Shown here in pieces: positions 19,371 to 27,470 of a stretch of DNA of 64,000 nt. The position numbers were made by a program, and so were the translations under genes. The DNA lies in the NCBI GenBank assembly GCA_965228735.1, contig OZ245838.1:4000001-4064000 (forward strand), given 5' to 3'. The DNA comes from Planctomycetota bacterium. Its GTDB lineage: Bacteria; Planctomycetota; UBA1135; UBA2386. Numbering within the stretch: the first letter of the stretch is position 1; every line of letters begins with the position of its first letter. The notes below the pieces were generated by a model, which saw nothing but the letters and a program-made list of their open reading frames with translations, ran no database searches and was not told the DNA's origin.

Positions 19371-19925
19371 CTACACCATCTGCCGCCGGCGCCGCTTCCG
19401 CCACTTCGGCCAGAGCCACATCACGTAGCCACTGCCCGCGAGATACAGCAGGATCAATGCCACCGTCGGGAGCACGCGGTCGTGCGCGAAGTCGCCGAAC
19501 CAGGAACCATCGTGCAGCGCCTCGAGCCAGTCGCTGCGCCGCTCACGCGGCTCGGAGGTCGCGAGGCTGGTCGCGCAGACCTGCACCTCGAGCGCCCCGT
19601 GCCGGCTGATGACCTTGTGCATCCCCTTGCTCGGGCGGAAGTCGACCCGCTCGATGTCGTCGACTCGGCGAAACTCGGGGAGCTCGAGGGCGAGGACGGC
19701 ACCGAGCACCGCCTCGAGCGGCTGGAGACGGGCCTGGGCCGGCGTAACGTCCGCGTCCAAAGTGAGTTCTGGGAGCGGCTGCCCGACCGTGACCGGCGGC
19801 TGCAGCCACGCGTAGTCCTTCTTCAGCAGCAACAGAAAGCCGGTCGCCGCCGTCACCAGCAACACGAGCCCGGCCGTGACCCCGAGCCAGCGATGCAGCA
19901 GCCATAGCAGTCGAAACCAGCGCAT
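19371..19925 (-). CDS. PepSY-associated TM helix protein
   Basis: LHRWLG...TG motif at the N-terminus, LHDGSWF and SGYVMW near the C-terminus. Confidence 0.8.
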   Translation of the reverse strand: MRWFRLLWLLHRWLGVTAGLVLLVTAATGFLLLLKKDYAWLQPPVTVGQPLPELTLDADVTPAQARLQPLEAVLGAVLALELPEFRRVDDIERVDFRPSKGMHKVISRHGALEVQVCATSLATSEPRERRSDWLEALHDGSWFGDFAHDRVLPTVALILLYLAGSGYVMWLWPKWRKRRRRQMV

Positions 19926-20023
19926 GGCCGCGAGGATGCGGCCGCGGGCCGTCGGAAACCAGCGCCGGGAGCGTCACCCGTTCGTGACAGGGCCCGGCAG
20001 CAACCGGCCACCACAACCCCGTC

Positions 20024-21745
20024 ATGCGTGCCCCGATCGCCTTGGCCAGGAACCTGGCCGCTCTCCTGACCGTGGCGCTGGCCACCGATGCGCCTCTTCT
20101 CGGCCAGACCGAGGCCGATCCCGGGGCGACGGCGGCGGCCGGCGAACTCGTCACGGCACCCCACATCACGATCGATACGGTCGGTCCGGACGGCTGGCGC
20201 ATGCGATTCGGCCCGACCAACCTCGGCACGATGCTCGAGTCCGAGCGCGGCCGGGAGCTCTGGCAGCCCCATATCGAACCGCTGCTCGGCATCTGGCAGC
20301 AGGTCACCGGGGACGCGGCCGCCTACGACGCGTCGCGCCAGCTGCTGCTCGGCTACGGCGGCCGGATCCAGGCTGCGCTGTGGATCGATCCGGACGACGC
20401 GCGCGGACGCAACGGGCCGCCCGCGAAGATGGCGTTCGTTCTGCACGACGACGGCCGCAGCGAGCTCCCCGCGCTCGCCGGCGAACTGCGAAAGACGCTC
20501 TATCAGGCCATCGCGGGGGAGTGGACGGCGACCGAATGGCACGGCCAGGGCGTCGACGTGCGCCACGGCGCCGAACTGTCGGTCACGGCGCCCATCCTGA
20601 GTGGCGGCGCGCTGCTCATCGCTGCGAGCAACGGACCCGATCTGCCTGCCGTGCTCACCGCGGCGAGCGATCTCGCCAAGCAGGGCAAGGCAGAGCTGCG
20701 ACCCGACTCACCGGCGCTGCGGATCGACTTCGATCTCGCGAGCATCGTGAAGCTCGCGCTCGCGGCGGAGGACGAGGACGAACGGGCCGTGATGCAGGCG
20801 TTCGGCGTCACGACGCTCGAGACCGGCACGTTCACGATCGGCACGGCCGGCCCGCAGGTGCGGATCGACTACGCGCAGCAGTTCTCGCAGGACGATCGCG
20901 GCCTGTTCAGCGCGTTCCTGCCCGCGACGAAGCGGATCCCGTCCCTGCTGCAGGCGGTCGGCGAGGGCACGTGGACCGTCGGCCACTTCGACTGTGGCAA
21001 GCTCTACGAGACCGTTCTCGCGGTGCTCGTCGCGAACGACCTCGGCGACGACGAGAAGCTCGAACGTGAGATCCGCTCGGAGCTCGGCATCGATCTCGCG
21101 GACGATCTCCTCGCGCACATGACGGACGACGTCATGTTCTGGCTGCCCGAGTCCGACGACTTCGACCAGCCGCTCGAGCGCGCTGACTGGGCGCTCGCGT
21201 TCCGGCTGCAGGACGAGGACGCGTTCCGCGCGGGCCTGTTCAAGATGCTGCCGAACGCGCGCCCGTTCATGCAGCGCGAGCGGCAGGAGACGTTCGAGGA
21301 CGTCGAGCTGTTCCGCTACGGCAACTTCATCGGCTACGACCTGTGGCTCGCCGTCGGCCGCGGCGTCTTCGTGCTGTCCGGCGGTCGCAACGCCGAGACC
21401 CGCGTCGAAGAGATCCTGACGCGCTGCAAGGAACTGCCGGCCGAACTGCCGGCAGAAGCCCAGATCCCGGCGGCGTTCGCCAAACTGCAGCGCTACCTGC
21501 CCCCCGGCTGCCACGGCTTCGCGGTCGGCCGCGCGACCAACATCATCAGCATGCCGACGACGGTGTGGATCGAGATCCTGCGCGAGTTCCTGCCCGTTCC
21601 GCTGCCGCGCGGCTCGGTCGACCCGGACGCCGACGCCGAACGCCGCGAACAGCTGCACGAGCTGCTCGAAGAGCACCGCCTGCTCGAAGCCAAGAGCGCG
21701 ACGGGCTACGCCGATCAGACCTGGCGCATCCGCATCTTCTGGTAG
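20024..21745 (+). CDS. Exported hypothetical protein
   Basis: 573-aa ORF with coding-like composition and a probable signal peptide. No motif recognised. Confidence 0.7.
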   Translation: MRAPIALARNLAALLTVALATDAPLLGQTEADPGATAAAGELVTAPHITIDTVGPDGWRMRFGPTNLGTMLESERGRELWQPHIEPLLGIWQQVTGDAAAYDASRQLLLGYGGRIQAALWIDPDDARGRNGPPAKMAFVLHDDGRSELPALAGELRKTLYQAIAGEWTATEWHGQGVDVRHGAELSVTAPILSGGALLIAASNGPDLPAVLTAASDLAKQGKAELRPDSPALRIDFDLASIVKLALAAEDEDERAVMQAFGVTTLETGTFTIGTAGPQVRIDYAQQFSQDDRGLFSAFLPATKRIPSLLQAVGEGTWTVGHFDCGKLYETVLAVLVANDLGDDEKLEREIRSELGIDLADDLLAHMTDDVMFWLPESDDFDQPLERADWALAFRLQDEDAFRAGLFKMLPNARPFMQRERQETFEDVELFRYGNFIGYDLWLAVGRGVFVLSGGRNAETRVEEILTRCKELPAELPAEAQIPAAFAKLQRYLPPGCHGFAVGRATNIISMPTTVWIEILREFLPVPLPRGSVDPDADAERREQLHELLEEHRLLEAKSATGYADQTWRIRIFW

Positions 21746-21755
21746 CTCCCCGCCC

Positions 21756-23777
21756 TCAACGGGGGACCGCCGCGACGCGGGGGCGCTGCACGCGCTGGAA
21801 GAAGCTCCAGATCGCCTCGGTCGCCTCGAAGTCGAACGGCCGATCCCGCAGCAGACGGCCGGGTTCGACCGGGCTGCCGGGCCACGCGTGGCCGCCACCC
21901 TGCAGCGTGATCACGCGGACGGGCGTGTCGGTGAGCTTGTCGTCGTCCTCGCCCGCACCGGCGACCCGGTCGAACGTGTCGATGCGCACGCCGCTGTCCG
22001 CGTTCTCCTTGCGGTCGGGGCGCGCGAGCAGGCCGTTGCGCGCGACGTAGTAGTCGATCGCGTCCTGCACCGAAGCGTCTTCCCGCCGACCGGCGCGGCC
22101 GAGCGCGCGCTCGGGCCGGCCGCCGTCGTAGCGCACGTGCTCGTCGTCCGTGCCATGCACGAGACAGACGCCGATGGGCAACCGGCTGTCCTCGGCCGTG
22201 AAGTTCATCGCGCCGCCGACGACGGCGATGCCCGCGAACAGGTCGGCCGCTTCGCGCGCGAGGCGATGGCACATCATGCCGCCGTTGCTGTGACCGACGG
22301 CGAAGATCCGGGCCGGGTCGATCGGCGCGCGCTTCGCGACGTCACGCACGACTTCGCGCAGGAACCCGACGTCGTCGATCTTCTGGTCCTTCGCGTAGAC
22401 CGGCAGCACGCCGTCGTTCCACGTCAGCAGCTTGCCGCGCAGCCGGCCGGTCCCGTCGGGGAACGCGACGACGAAGCCCTCGCGATCGGCCAGCTCGGCG
22501 AACTGCGACGTGCGCGCCACGTGCTCACCGTTGCCGCCGCCGCCATGCAGGACGACGACGAGCGGCAGGCGCTTGCTCTGCTGCGGCTTCTGCGCCGCGC
22601 CCGAGGCTGCTTCCGGGGCCACGACCGCAGCCGGCAGGTGCAGGTGATAGCGCCGGTCGCGGCCGTCGTGCCGCAGCGTGATGGTCTCTTCGGTGCCCGC
22701 GACGAGCGGCGACTCCGCCACCTCGCGCACCACGGCCATCACCGCGAGCAGCTTGCCGAACACGCGACGCACCCGGTCCCGCACCGCGAACACGCCGCCG
22801 ATGCCGAGATCGCGATCGATCCAGGGCGTGAATCCGAACGCGCCCGGATCGGCGACCCGCGTTGCGTCATCGTCGAGCGGGAAGATCCAGGTGCCGAGCC
22901 CGTAGCGCACGTCCTCGGCCTCGACACCGACCGGGTGGACCTCGACGTAGCTGTTCACCTGATCGGTGAACATCGTGTCCACACTGTCTTCCGACAGCAC
23001 CTGCTTGCCGCCGAAGCGCCCGCCCGCGAGCAGGCACTGCACGAACTTCTCGTAGTCGGCGAGCGACGACACCGCGCCGCCCGCGACCCACGGCAACGCG
23101 TGCGTGCCAGGATCACCCGCGATCGGATACAACCCGCCGAACGCGGTCGCCTGCAGCCCGAGCGGCTCGGCGATGCGCGTCTTGAACAGCTCGTGCCACG
23201 ACTTGCCGGTCGCGCGCTCCGCCGCGACCGCGGCGACCTGGAAGGTCACGCCGCCGTAGCGGAAGCTGCTGCCCGGCTCGAAGCGCAGCGGCGCGTCGGC
23301 CACCGCCTCGGCGAACTTGTCCGTGCCCCAACCGCGCATGCGACCGCCGAGCCGCGCAGCGAAGCCTGCCGTGCACGACAGGCACTGCCGCAACGTGAGG
23401 TCGTCCTTGTCGTCGCGCCGCAGTTCTTCGACGTAGCGCGCGACCGGCAGATCGAGATCGAGCACTCCTTCGTCGACGAGCGCCATGATCGTCGCGACGG
23501 TCAGCCACTTGCTCGCCGACGCGATCGGAATCACCGAGCCCGCGCCGAGGTTGCCGTGCTCACTGCGATGCACGAGGCCGTTCTCGCGCAGCACCGCGAG
23601 GCTCGCGCCATCGAGCCGCAACGCGTGCACGACCGTGTCGCCGGCCGCAGTGAGCGGCTCGAGTTGCGGTGGCGCGGCCGGCCGGCCGGCGATCGGGTTG
23701 CCGACGACCTGGGCCGAGACGTTCGCCGCCGCAGCGGCGATGGCGACCAGCGAAGCGAACGACAGGTAGCAGCGCAT
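21756..23777 (-). CDS. Fusion of a beta-lactamase-family serine hydrolase and a PHB-depolymerase/LpqC-like esterase
   Basis: N-domain IASASK (SxxK) and FRYGG. C-domain VVLHGGGG, GHSNGG (GxSxG), HGTDD, GGGHAWPG. Signal peptide present. Confidence 0.85.
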   Translation of the reverse strand: MRCYLSFASLVAIAAAAANVSAQVVGNPIAGRPAAPPQLEPLTAAGDTVVHALRLDGASLAVLRENGLVHRSEHGNLGAGSVIPIASASKWLTVATIMALVDEGVLDLDLPVARYVEELRRDDKDDLTLRQCLSCTAGFAARLGGRMRGWGTDKFAEAVADAPLRFEPGSSFRYGGVTFQVAAVAAERATGKSWHELFKTRIAEPLGLQATAFGGLYPIAGDPGTHALPWVAGGAVSSLADYEKFVQCLLAGGRFGGKQVLSEDSVDTMFTDQVNSYVEVHPVGVEAEDVRYGLGTWIFPLDDDATRVADPGAFGFTPWIDRDLGIGGVFAVRDRVRRVFGKLLAVMAVVREVAESPLVAGTEETITLRHDGRDRRYHLHLPAAVVAPEAASGAAQKPQQSKRLPLVVVLHGGGGNGEHVARTSQFAELADREGFVVAFPDGTGRLRGKLLTWNDGVLPVYAKDQKIDDVGFLREVVRDVAKRAPIDPARIFAVGHSNGGMMCHRLAREAADLFAGIAVVGGAMNFTAEDSRLPIGVCLVHGTDDEHVRYDGGRPERALGRAGRREDASVQDAIDYYVARNGLLARPDRKENADSGVRIDTFDRVAGAGEDDDKLTDTPVRVITLQGGGHAWPGSPVEPGRLLRDRPFDFEATEAIWSFFQRVQRPRVAAVPR

Positions 23778-23900
23778 GTTCGGTGTTATCGGCCACAGCT
23801 CCCGCGGGGACGGAGCGATTCCGGGATTCCGCCGGACCGGGCTACAGAGCGCCGAAAACGGCCCGCAACGCCTTCCGCCAGCTCGCGCTGAGTTGCCATC

Positions 23901-24026
23901 ATGACGAACTCACTCCGCCGTCTCATGCGCCCGATCCTGCTGATCCTGGTGGCCTCGAGCTTTGCGGCCTGCCACTTCCACCATCACGGCTTCGGCCGCT
24001 GCGCGCCGATCCGGCATTGCCGCTAA
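23901..24026 (+). CDS. Putative 41-aa micro-lipoprotein with a His/Cys-rich mature peptide
   Basis: Below the ORF-track cutoff. MTNSLRRLMRPILLILVASSFAAC-HFHHHGFGRCAPIRHCR* has a basic n-region, a hydrophobic core and lipobox FAAC. Confidence 0.55.
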   Translation: MTNSLRRLMRPILLILVASSFAACHFHHHGFGRCAPIRHCR

Positions 24027-24120
24027 CCGGCAATGCCGCTCTCGGGCATTGCCGCTCCGCTAACCGGCAATGCCGGTATCCGGCATTGCCGCGATCTGGC
24101 ATTGCTGCCGATCTGGCACA
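24011..24120. repeat. Array of about six near-palindromic CGGCA(T/A)TGCCG units
   Basis: Units start at 24011, 24027, 24043, 24064, 24080 and 24096, with a partial unit at 24113. Spacing is mostly 16 bp. Confidence 0.85.
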
Positions 24121-24136
24121 GCGCCAGACTGGGCGC

Positions 24137-24358
24137 ATGCACATCTCCATCGAGTACTGCGTCGTTTGAAACTACGAACCGAAGGCGGCCAGTCTGGCTG
24201 CCGCGATTCGCGACCAGCACCCGGGCGCCGACGTCCAGATCATTCCCGGCGGCAGAGGTGACTTCATCGTCAAGGCCGGCGACCGGCTGCTCTGGGACAA
24301 GAACGGCAGGGACTCGGACTTCCCGCCGCACGAACGCATTCTCGAGCAGCTGGCGTGA
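24137..24358 (+). CDS. SelW/Rdx-family selenoprotein (CxxU; in-frame UGA at 24167-24169)
   Basis: MHISIEYCVV-U-NYEPKAASLAAAIRDQHPGADVQIIPGGRGDFIVKAGDRLLWDKNGRDSDFPPHERILEQLA*. The Rdx signatures (IEYCxxU, GxxGxFxV, LWDK, FP) continue across the TGA. Confidence 0.9.
24184..24202 (+). promoter_or_regulatory. Bacterial SECIS-like hairpin
   Basis: Stem GGCGGCC/GGCTGCC with an AGTCT loop starting 21 nt after the UGA. The GU-containing loop resembles SelB-binding SECIS elements. Confidence 0.7.
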
Positions 24359-24399
24359 GCCGCCCCGCGGGCACCGCAGGTCGAACGCCGCCCCCGCCA

Positions 24400-25128
24400 T
24401 CAGCGCGGTTTCTCGAACGTGATGAAGTAGTTCTCGGCGAGCCCGTCGATCGCGGCCTCACCGACGAAGCGGAGACCCGCGGCCTCGACCTCCGCGATGA
24501 CGGTCGCCTTGCCGCAGCGCACGTGGCCGAGGATCCACTCGCGGCTCTCGCCCGGGATACGCTCGAAGTCGACGATGACGAAGCGACCCCCGGGGCGCAG
24601 GGCGCGGTGGATCGAAGCGAGCGTCGAACGCGGATACTCGAAGTGATGGTACGTGTCACAGGTGAACACGACGTCGACGCTGGCCGGCGGCAGATTGACG
24701 TCACGCTCGGTGCACAAGACGGGCTCGACCTGCGACAGTCCGCGGGTTCGCACCCGCTCCCGCAGCCGTTCGACGAACTTCTCGGCGATCTCGACCGCGT
24801 AGACCTTGCCCGTTGCCGTCACATCGCGGGCGAAGAAGTCGACGAAGATTCCCGTGCCCGCGCCGACGTCGGCGACCGCCATACCGGGCTGCAGACCAAC
24901 GGCGCGGGCGATCCGGCTGCGGTGGGCGAACACCTCGCGGCTCTCCGTCTCGAAACGCTTCACGTAGCGGTCGACGTCGAGCTCGGGGTCGAGGAAGTTG
25001 TCGTTGATGCCGGGCTTGACGCTCGCCTCGGCCCCGCCGGCGATCACCTCACGCGAGCCACCCGCAGACTCGCACGAGCCGAAGAACGCGAACACGAGGA
25101 CGGTCGACGCAGGCAGGAGCTGGCGCAT
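24400..25128 (-). CDS. Class I SAM-dependent methyltransferase with a lipoprotein-like N-terminus
   Basis: VADVGAGTG, AVEI, DTYHHF, ALRPGG motifs. N-terminus MRQLLPASTVLVFAFFGSC. Confidence 0.85.
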   Translation of the reverse strand: MRQLLPASTVLVFAFFGSCESAGGSREVIAGGAEASVKPGINDNFLDPELDVDRYVKRFETESREVFAHRSRIARAVGLQPGMAVADVGAGTGIFVDFFARDVTATGKVYAVEIAEKFVERLRERVRTRGLSQVEPVLCTERDVNLPPASVDVVFTCDTYHHFEYPRSTLASIHRALRPGGRFVIVDFERIPGESREWILGHVRCGKATVIAEVEAAGLRFVGEAAIDGLAENYFITFEKPR

Positions 25129-26125
25129 GACGGGTAACCTACCGCCCGCGGACCGCGTCGTCATCGTCACGCCCGCGGCGCGCGGCAACTGGTCGGGCAA
25201 CCGCGTCACCGCCGTGCGCTGGGCGGGGTTGCTGCGCCAGCTCGGGATCCGCGTGCGCATCGTGACGGAGTGGCGGGCGGGCGACGACGCGCGCGACGCC
25301 GGCGAGCGCGTCGCGCTGTTCGCGGTGCATGCGAAGAAGTCGGCCGCGAGCGTCATCGCGTTTGCCAAAGCGCTCCCGGAAGCCCCGATCGTCGTGCTGC
25401 TCGCCGGCACCGACATCTATCCGAGGTTCGAACCCGACGCGGCAACGCTCACGGCGCTCGAGGCCGCGAGCGCGCTGATCGCGCTGCAGCCGCTCGCTCG
25501 TGACGTCGTGCCGCCCCACCTGCGCGACCGGGTGCGAACGGTCTGGCAGTCGGCGACAGCGGTCGTCGTCGAACCCCGTCAGGACGGTGAGTTCGCCGCG
25601 TGCGTGCTCGCACACCTGCGGCCCGTGAAGGACCCGCTGCTGCCGTTCGCCGCGTTGCGTGATCTGCCGCCGAGCCTGCCGGTGCGCGTGACGGTCGCCG
25701 GGCGCGCGATGACCGACGAGCTCGCGACGCTCGCCCGGCTCGCGACCGAGTCCGATCCGCGCGCGACCTGGCTCGGTCCGCTGCGTCGCCCCGCCGCCAA
25801 GGCGCTGCTCGCGCAGAGCGACCTCTGCATCGTCCCGTCGACGAGCGAGGGCGGTGCGAACGTGATCTCCGAGGCGATCGCCGCCGGCACTCCGATCGCC
25901 GCAACGCGAATCCCCGGCAACACCGGGCTGCTCGGCGACGACTGGCCGGCGCTCTTCGAACCGGGCGATGCGACCGCGCTCGCCGGGCTGCTCCAGCGGT
26001 GCGCGACCGACCCGTCGTTCTTCCAGGCTCTCGTCGAACGGACGGCCGCGCTGCAGCCGCAGGTCACGCCGGCGCGTGAGCGCGAGACGCTCGCCGATCT
26101 GCTCACCGAACTGTTCCCCCGGTAG
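25127..26125 (+). CDS. senB: SenB-like selenosugar synthase (TIGR04348-type GT-B glycosyltransferase)
   Basis: IVTPAARGNWSGNRVTAVRWA, HAKKSA, LAGTDIY, ALQ, HLRPVKDP, SEGGANVISEA and IPGNTGLLGDDWPALF match the family signature as I recall it. Confidence 0.8.
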   Translation: MTGNLPPADRVVIVTPAARGNWSGNRVTAVRWAGLLRQLGIRVRIVTEWRAGDDARDAGERVALFAVHAKKSAASVIAFAKALPEAPIVVLLAGTDIYPRFEPDAATLTALEAASALIALQPLARDVVPPHLRDRVRTVWQSATAVVVEPRQDGEFAACVLAHLRPVKDPLLPFAALRDLPPSLPVRVTVAGRAMTDELATLARLATESDPRATWLGPLRRPAAKALLAQSDLCIVPSTSEGGANVISEAIAAGTPIAATRIPGNTGLLGDDWPALFEPGDATALAGLLQRCATDPSFFQALVERTAALQPQVTPARERETLADLLTELFPR

Positions 26126-26180
26126 TCGCACAGAACTGTTGGGCGGTGACCGTCGTCGCGCGCCGCAAGCCACCAGCAGC

Positions 26181-26453
26181 ATGAACGACCCGACCCAGAC
26201 CGTTGCGCGCGACGCCCTGCGACGCCTCTCCGCCCCCCACGCCATCGCGTTCGGCAGCCGCCTCCTCGAGCGCGGCCAGGCCAAGACGCGGCCGGGCCAG
26301 ATCACGTTCCGCGAGTTCCTCGGCGTCGCGCGCGAGCTCGTCGCCCAGAAGCCCGAACAGTCCGCGATCTACCTCGCCGCCCTCGTGGCCCTCGACATGC
26401 ACACCGACGACAGCATCCTCTCCGCGCGGGCGGAGCCGCCGTCGACCAACTGA
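26181..26453 (+). CDS. Small hypothetical protein
   Basis: MNDPTQTVARDALRRL... fills the gap between senB and pqiA and has coding-like codon usage. Confidence 0.5.
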   Translation: MNDPTQTVARDALRRLSAPHAIAFGSRLLERGQAKTRPGQITFREFLGVARELVAQKPEQSAIYLAALVALDMHTDDSILSARAEPPSTN

Positions 26454-26476
26454 CGCCCGCGCGGTACGGTAGGGCC

Positions 26477-27451
26477 GTGGCGGAATCCACGAAGGCCCCG
26501 GTTCGCGCGCACGCCCCGCGACGGTTGGACGTCCCGCTGCTCGCCGGGATCGCGCTCGGCATGCTCTGCGGCGGTGTCGCCATGCCGGCACTCGAGTTCG
26601 AGTACCTGTTCGGAGGCGAGTCGTTCTCCGTCCTGAGCGGCATCTGGGGCTTCGCGACGTCGGGGAACCTGCTGCTGGCAGTGCTCCTGTTCGCGTTCTC
26701 CGTCCTCTTCCCGGTCGCCAAGCTCGTCGCGATCCTCGGGCTGTGGTTCGTGCCGACGCGCCGGGCGACGCGTCGCGAACTCGTCGAGTGGCTCGAGATG
26801 CTCGGCAAGTGGTCCCTGCTCGACGCGTTCGTGATCACCGTCATCATCGGTGCGGTGCAGCTCGGCATCCTCGCGGAGGCAGCCGCCCAGCCGGGCGTAT
26901 ACCTCTACCTCACAGCCATCGTGCTCTCACTCGTCGCGACGGCGCTCCTGCGCAACGTCGCCGGGATCGATGGCGAAGAACGCGCCCGGCGCCTGCACCT
27001 GCCCGGCTTGCTGATCACGATTCCGGCCGCATCGTTGTTCGCGGCCGGTCTGTCGACGCCGCTGATCGAAGTCGAGAAGGGCTGGTTCTGGAGCAACGAG
27101 TATTCGCTCCTCGACGGCATCGGCGAGCTCTTCGCCCGCGGCGACTGGGGCCTCGCGACCGCGCTCCTCGGCTTCGTCGTCGTCGTACCCGGTGTCCGCT
27201 TCCTCGCCCTGATCGTGCTGCGGGCGCTGCGAACGAAGGACACCCGCCTGACCTCTCCCCTGCGCATGTTGGATCGCTGGTCGATGGTCGAGGTCTTCGT
27301 GCTCGCGCTGCTGGTCGTGTTCACGAAACTGAGTTCGCTCGCGACGCCGACACCGCGGCTCGGCATGTGGCTCCTGATGGGTTCGGCCGCCCTGACGTTC
27401 GTCGACTCGATCGTGCTCCACCGTGGCTGGCGTCGACAGCAGTCGACGTGA
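26477..27451 (+). CDS. pqiA: Paraquat-inducible protein A (two PqiA domains)
   Basis: Duplicated motifs GKWSLLDAFV and DRWSMVEVFV, and multiple TM helices. Confidence 0.8.
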   Translation: MAESTKAPVRAHAPRRLDVPLLAGIALGMLCGGVAMPALEFEYLFGGESFSVLSGIWGFATSGNLLLAVLLFAFSVLFPVAKLVAILGLWFVPTRRATRRELVEWLEMLGKWSLLDAFVITVIIGAVQLGILAEAAAQPGVYLYLTAIVLSLVATALLRNVAGIDGEERARRLHLPGLLITIPAASLFAAGLSTPLIEVEKGWFWSNEYSLLDGIGELFARGDWGLATALLGFVVVVPGVRFLALIVLRALRTKDTRLTSPLRMLDRWSMVEVFVLALLVVFTKLSSLATPTPRLGMWLLMGSAALTFVDSIVLHRGWRRQQST

Positions 27452-27470
27452 CCGCGCCAACGCAAATAGA

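Noticed and set aside
24011..24120. Possible CRISPR array
   Set aside because: Units are about 12 bp with 4-9 bp gaps, far too short for repeats and spacers, and there are no cas genes.
24114..24130. TGGCAC as a sigma-54 -24 box for the selenoprotein gene
   Set aside because: There is no TTGC at the -12 position, and the hexamer is part of the repeat array.
23669..24169. 166-aa ORF-track entry ending MHISIEYCVV
   Set aside because: The upstream part is spurious. The real gene starts at 24137 and reads through the UGA.
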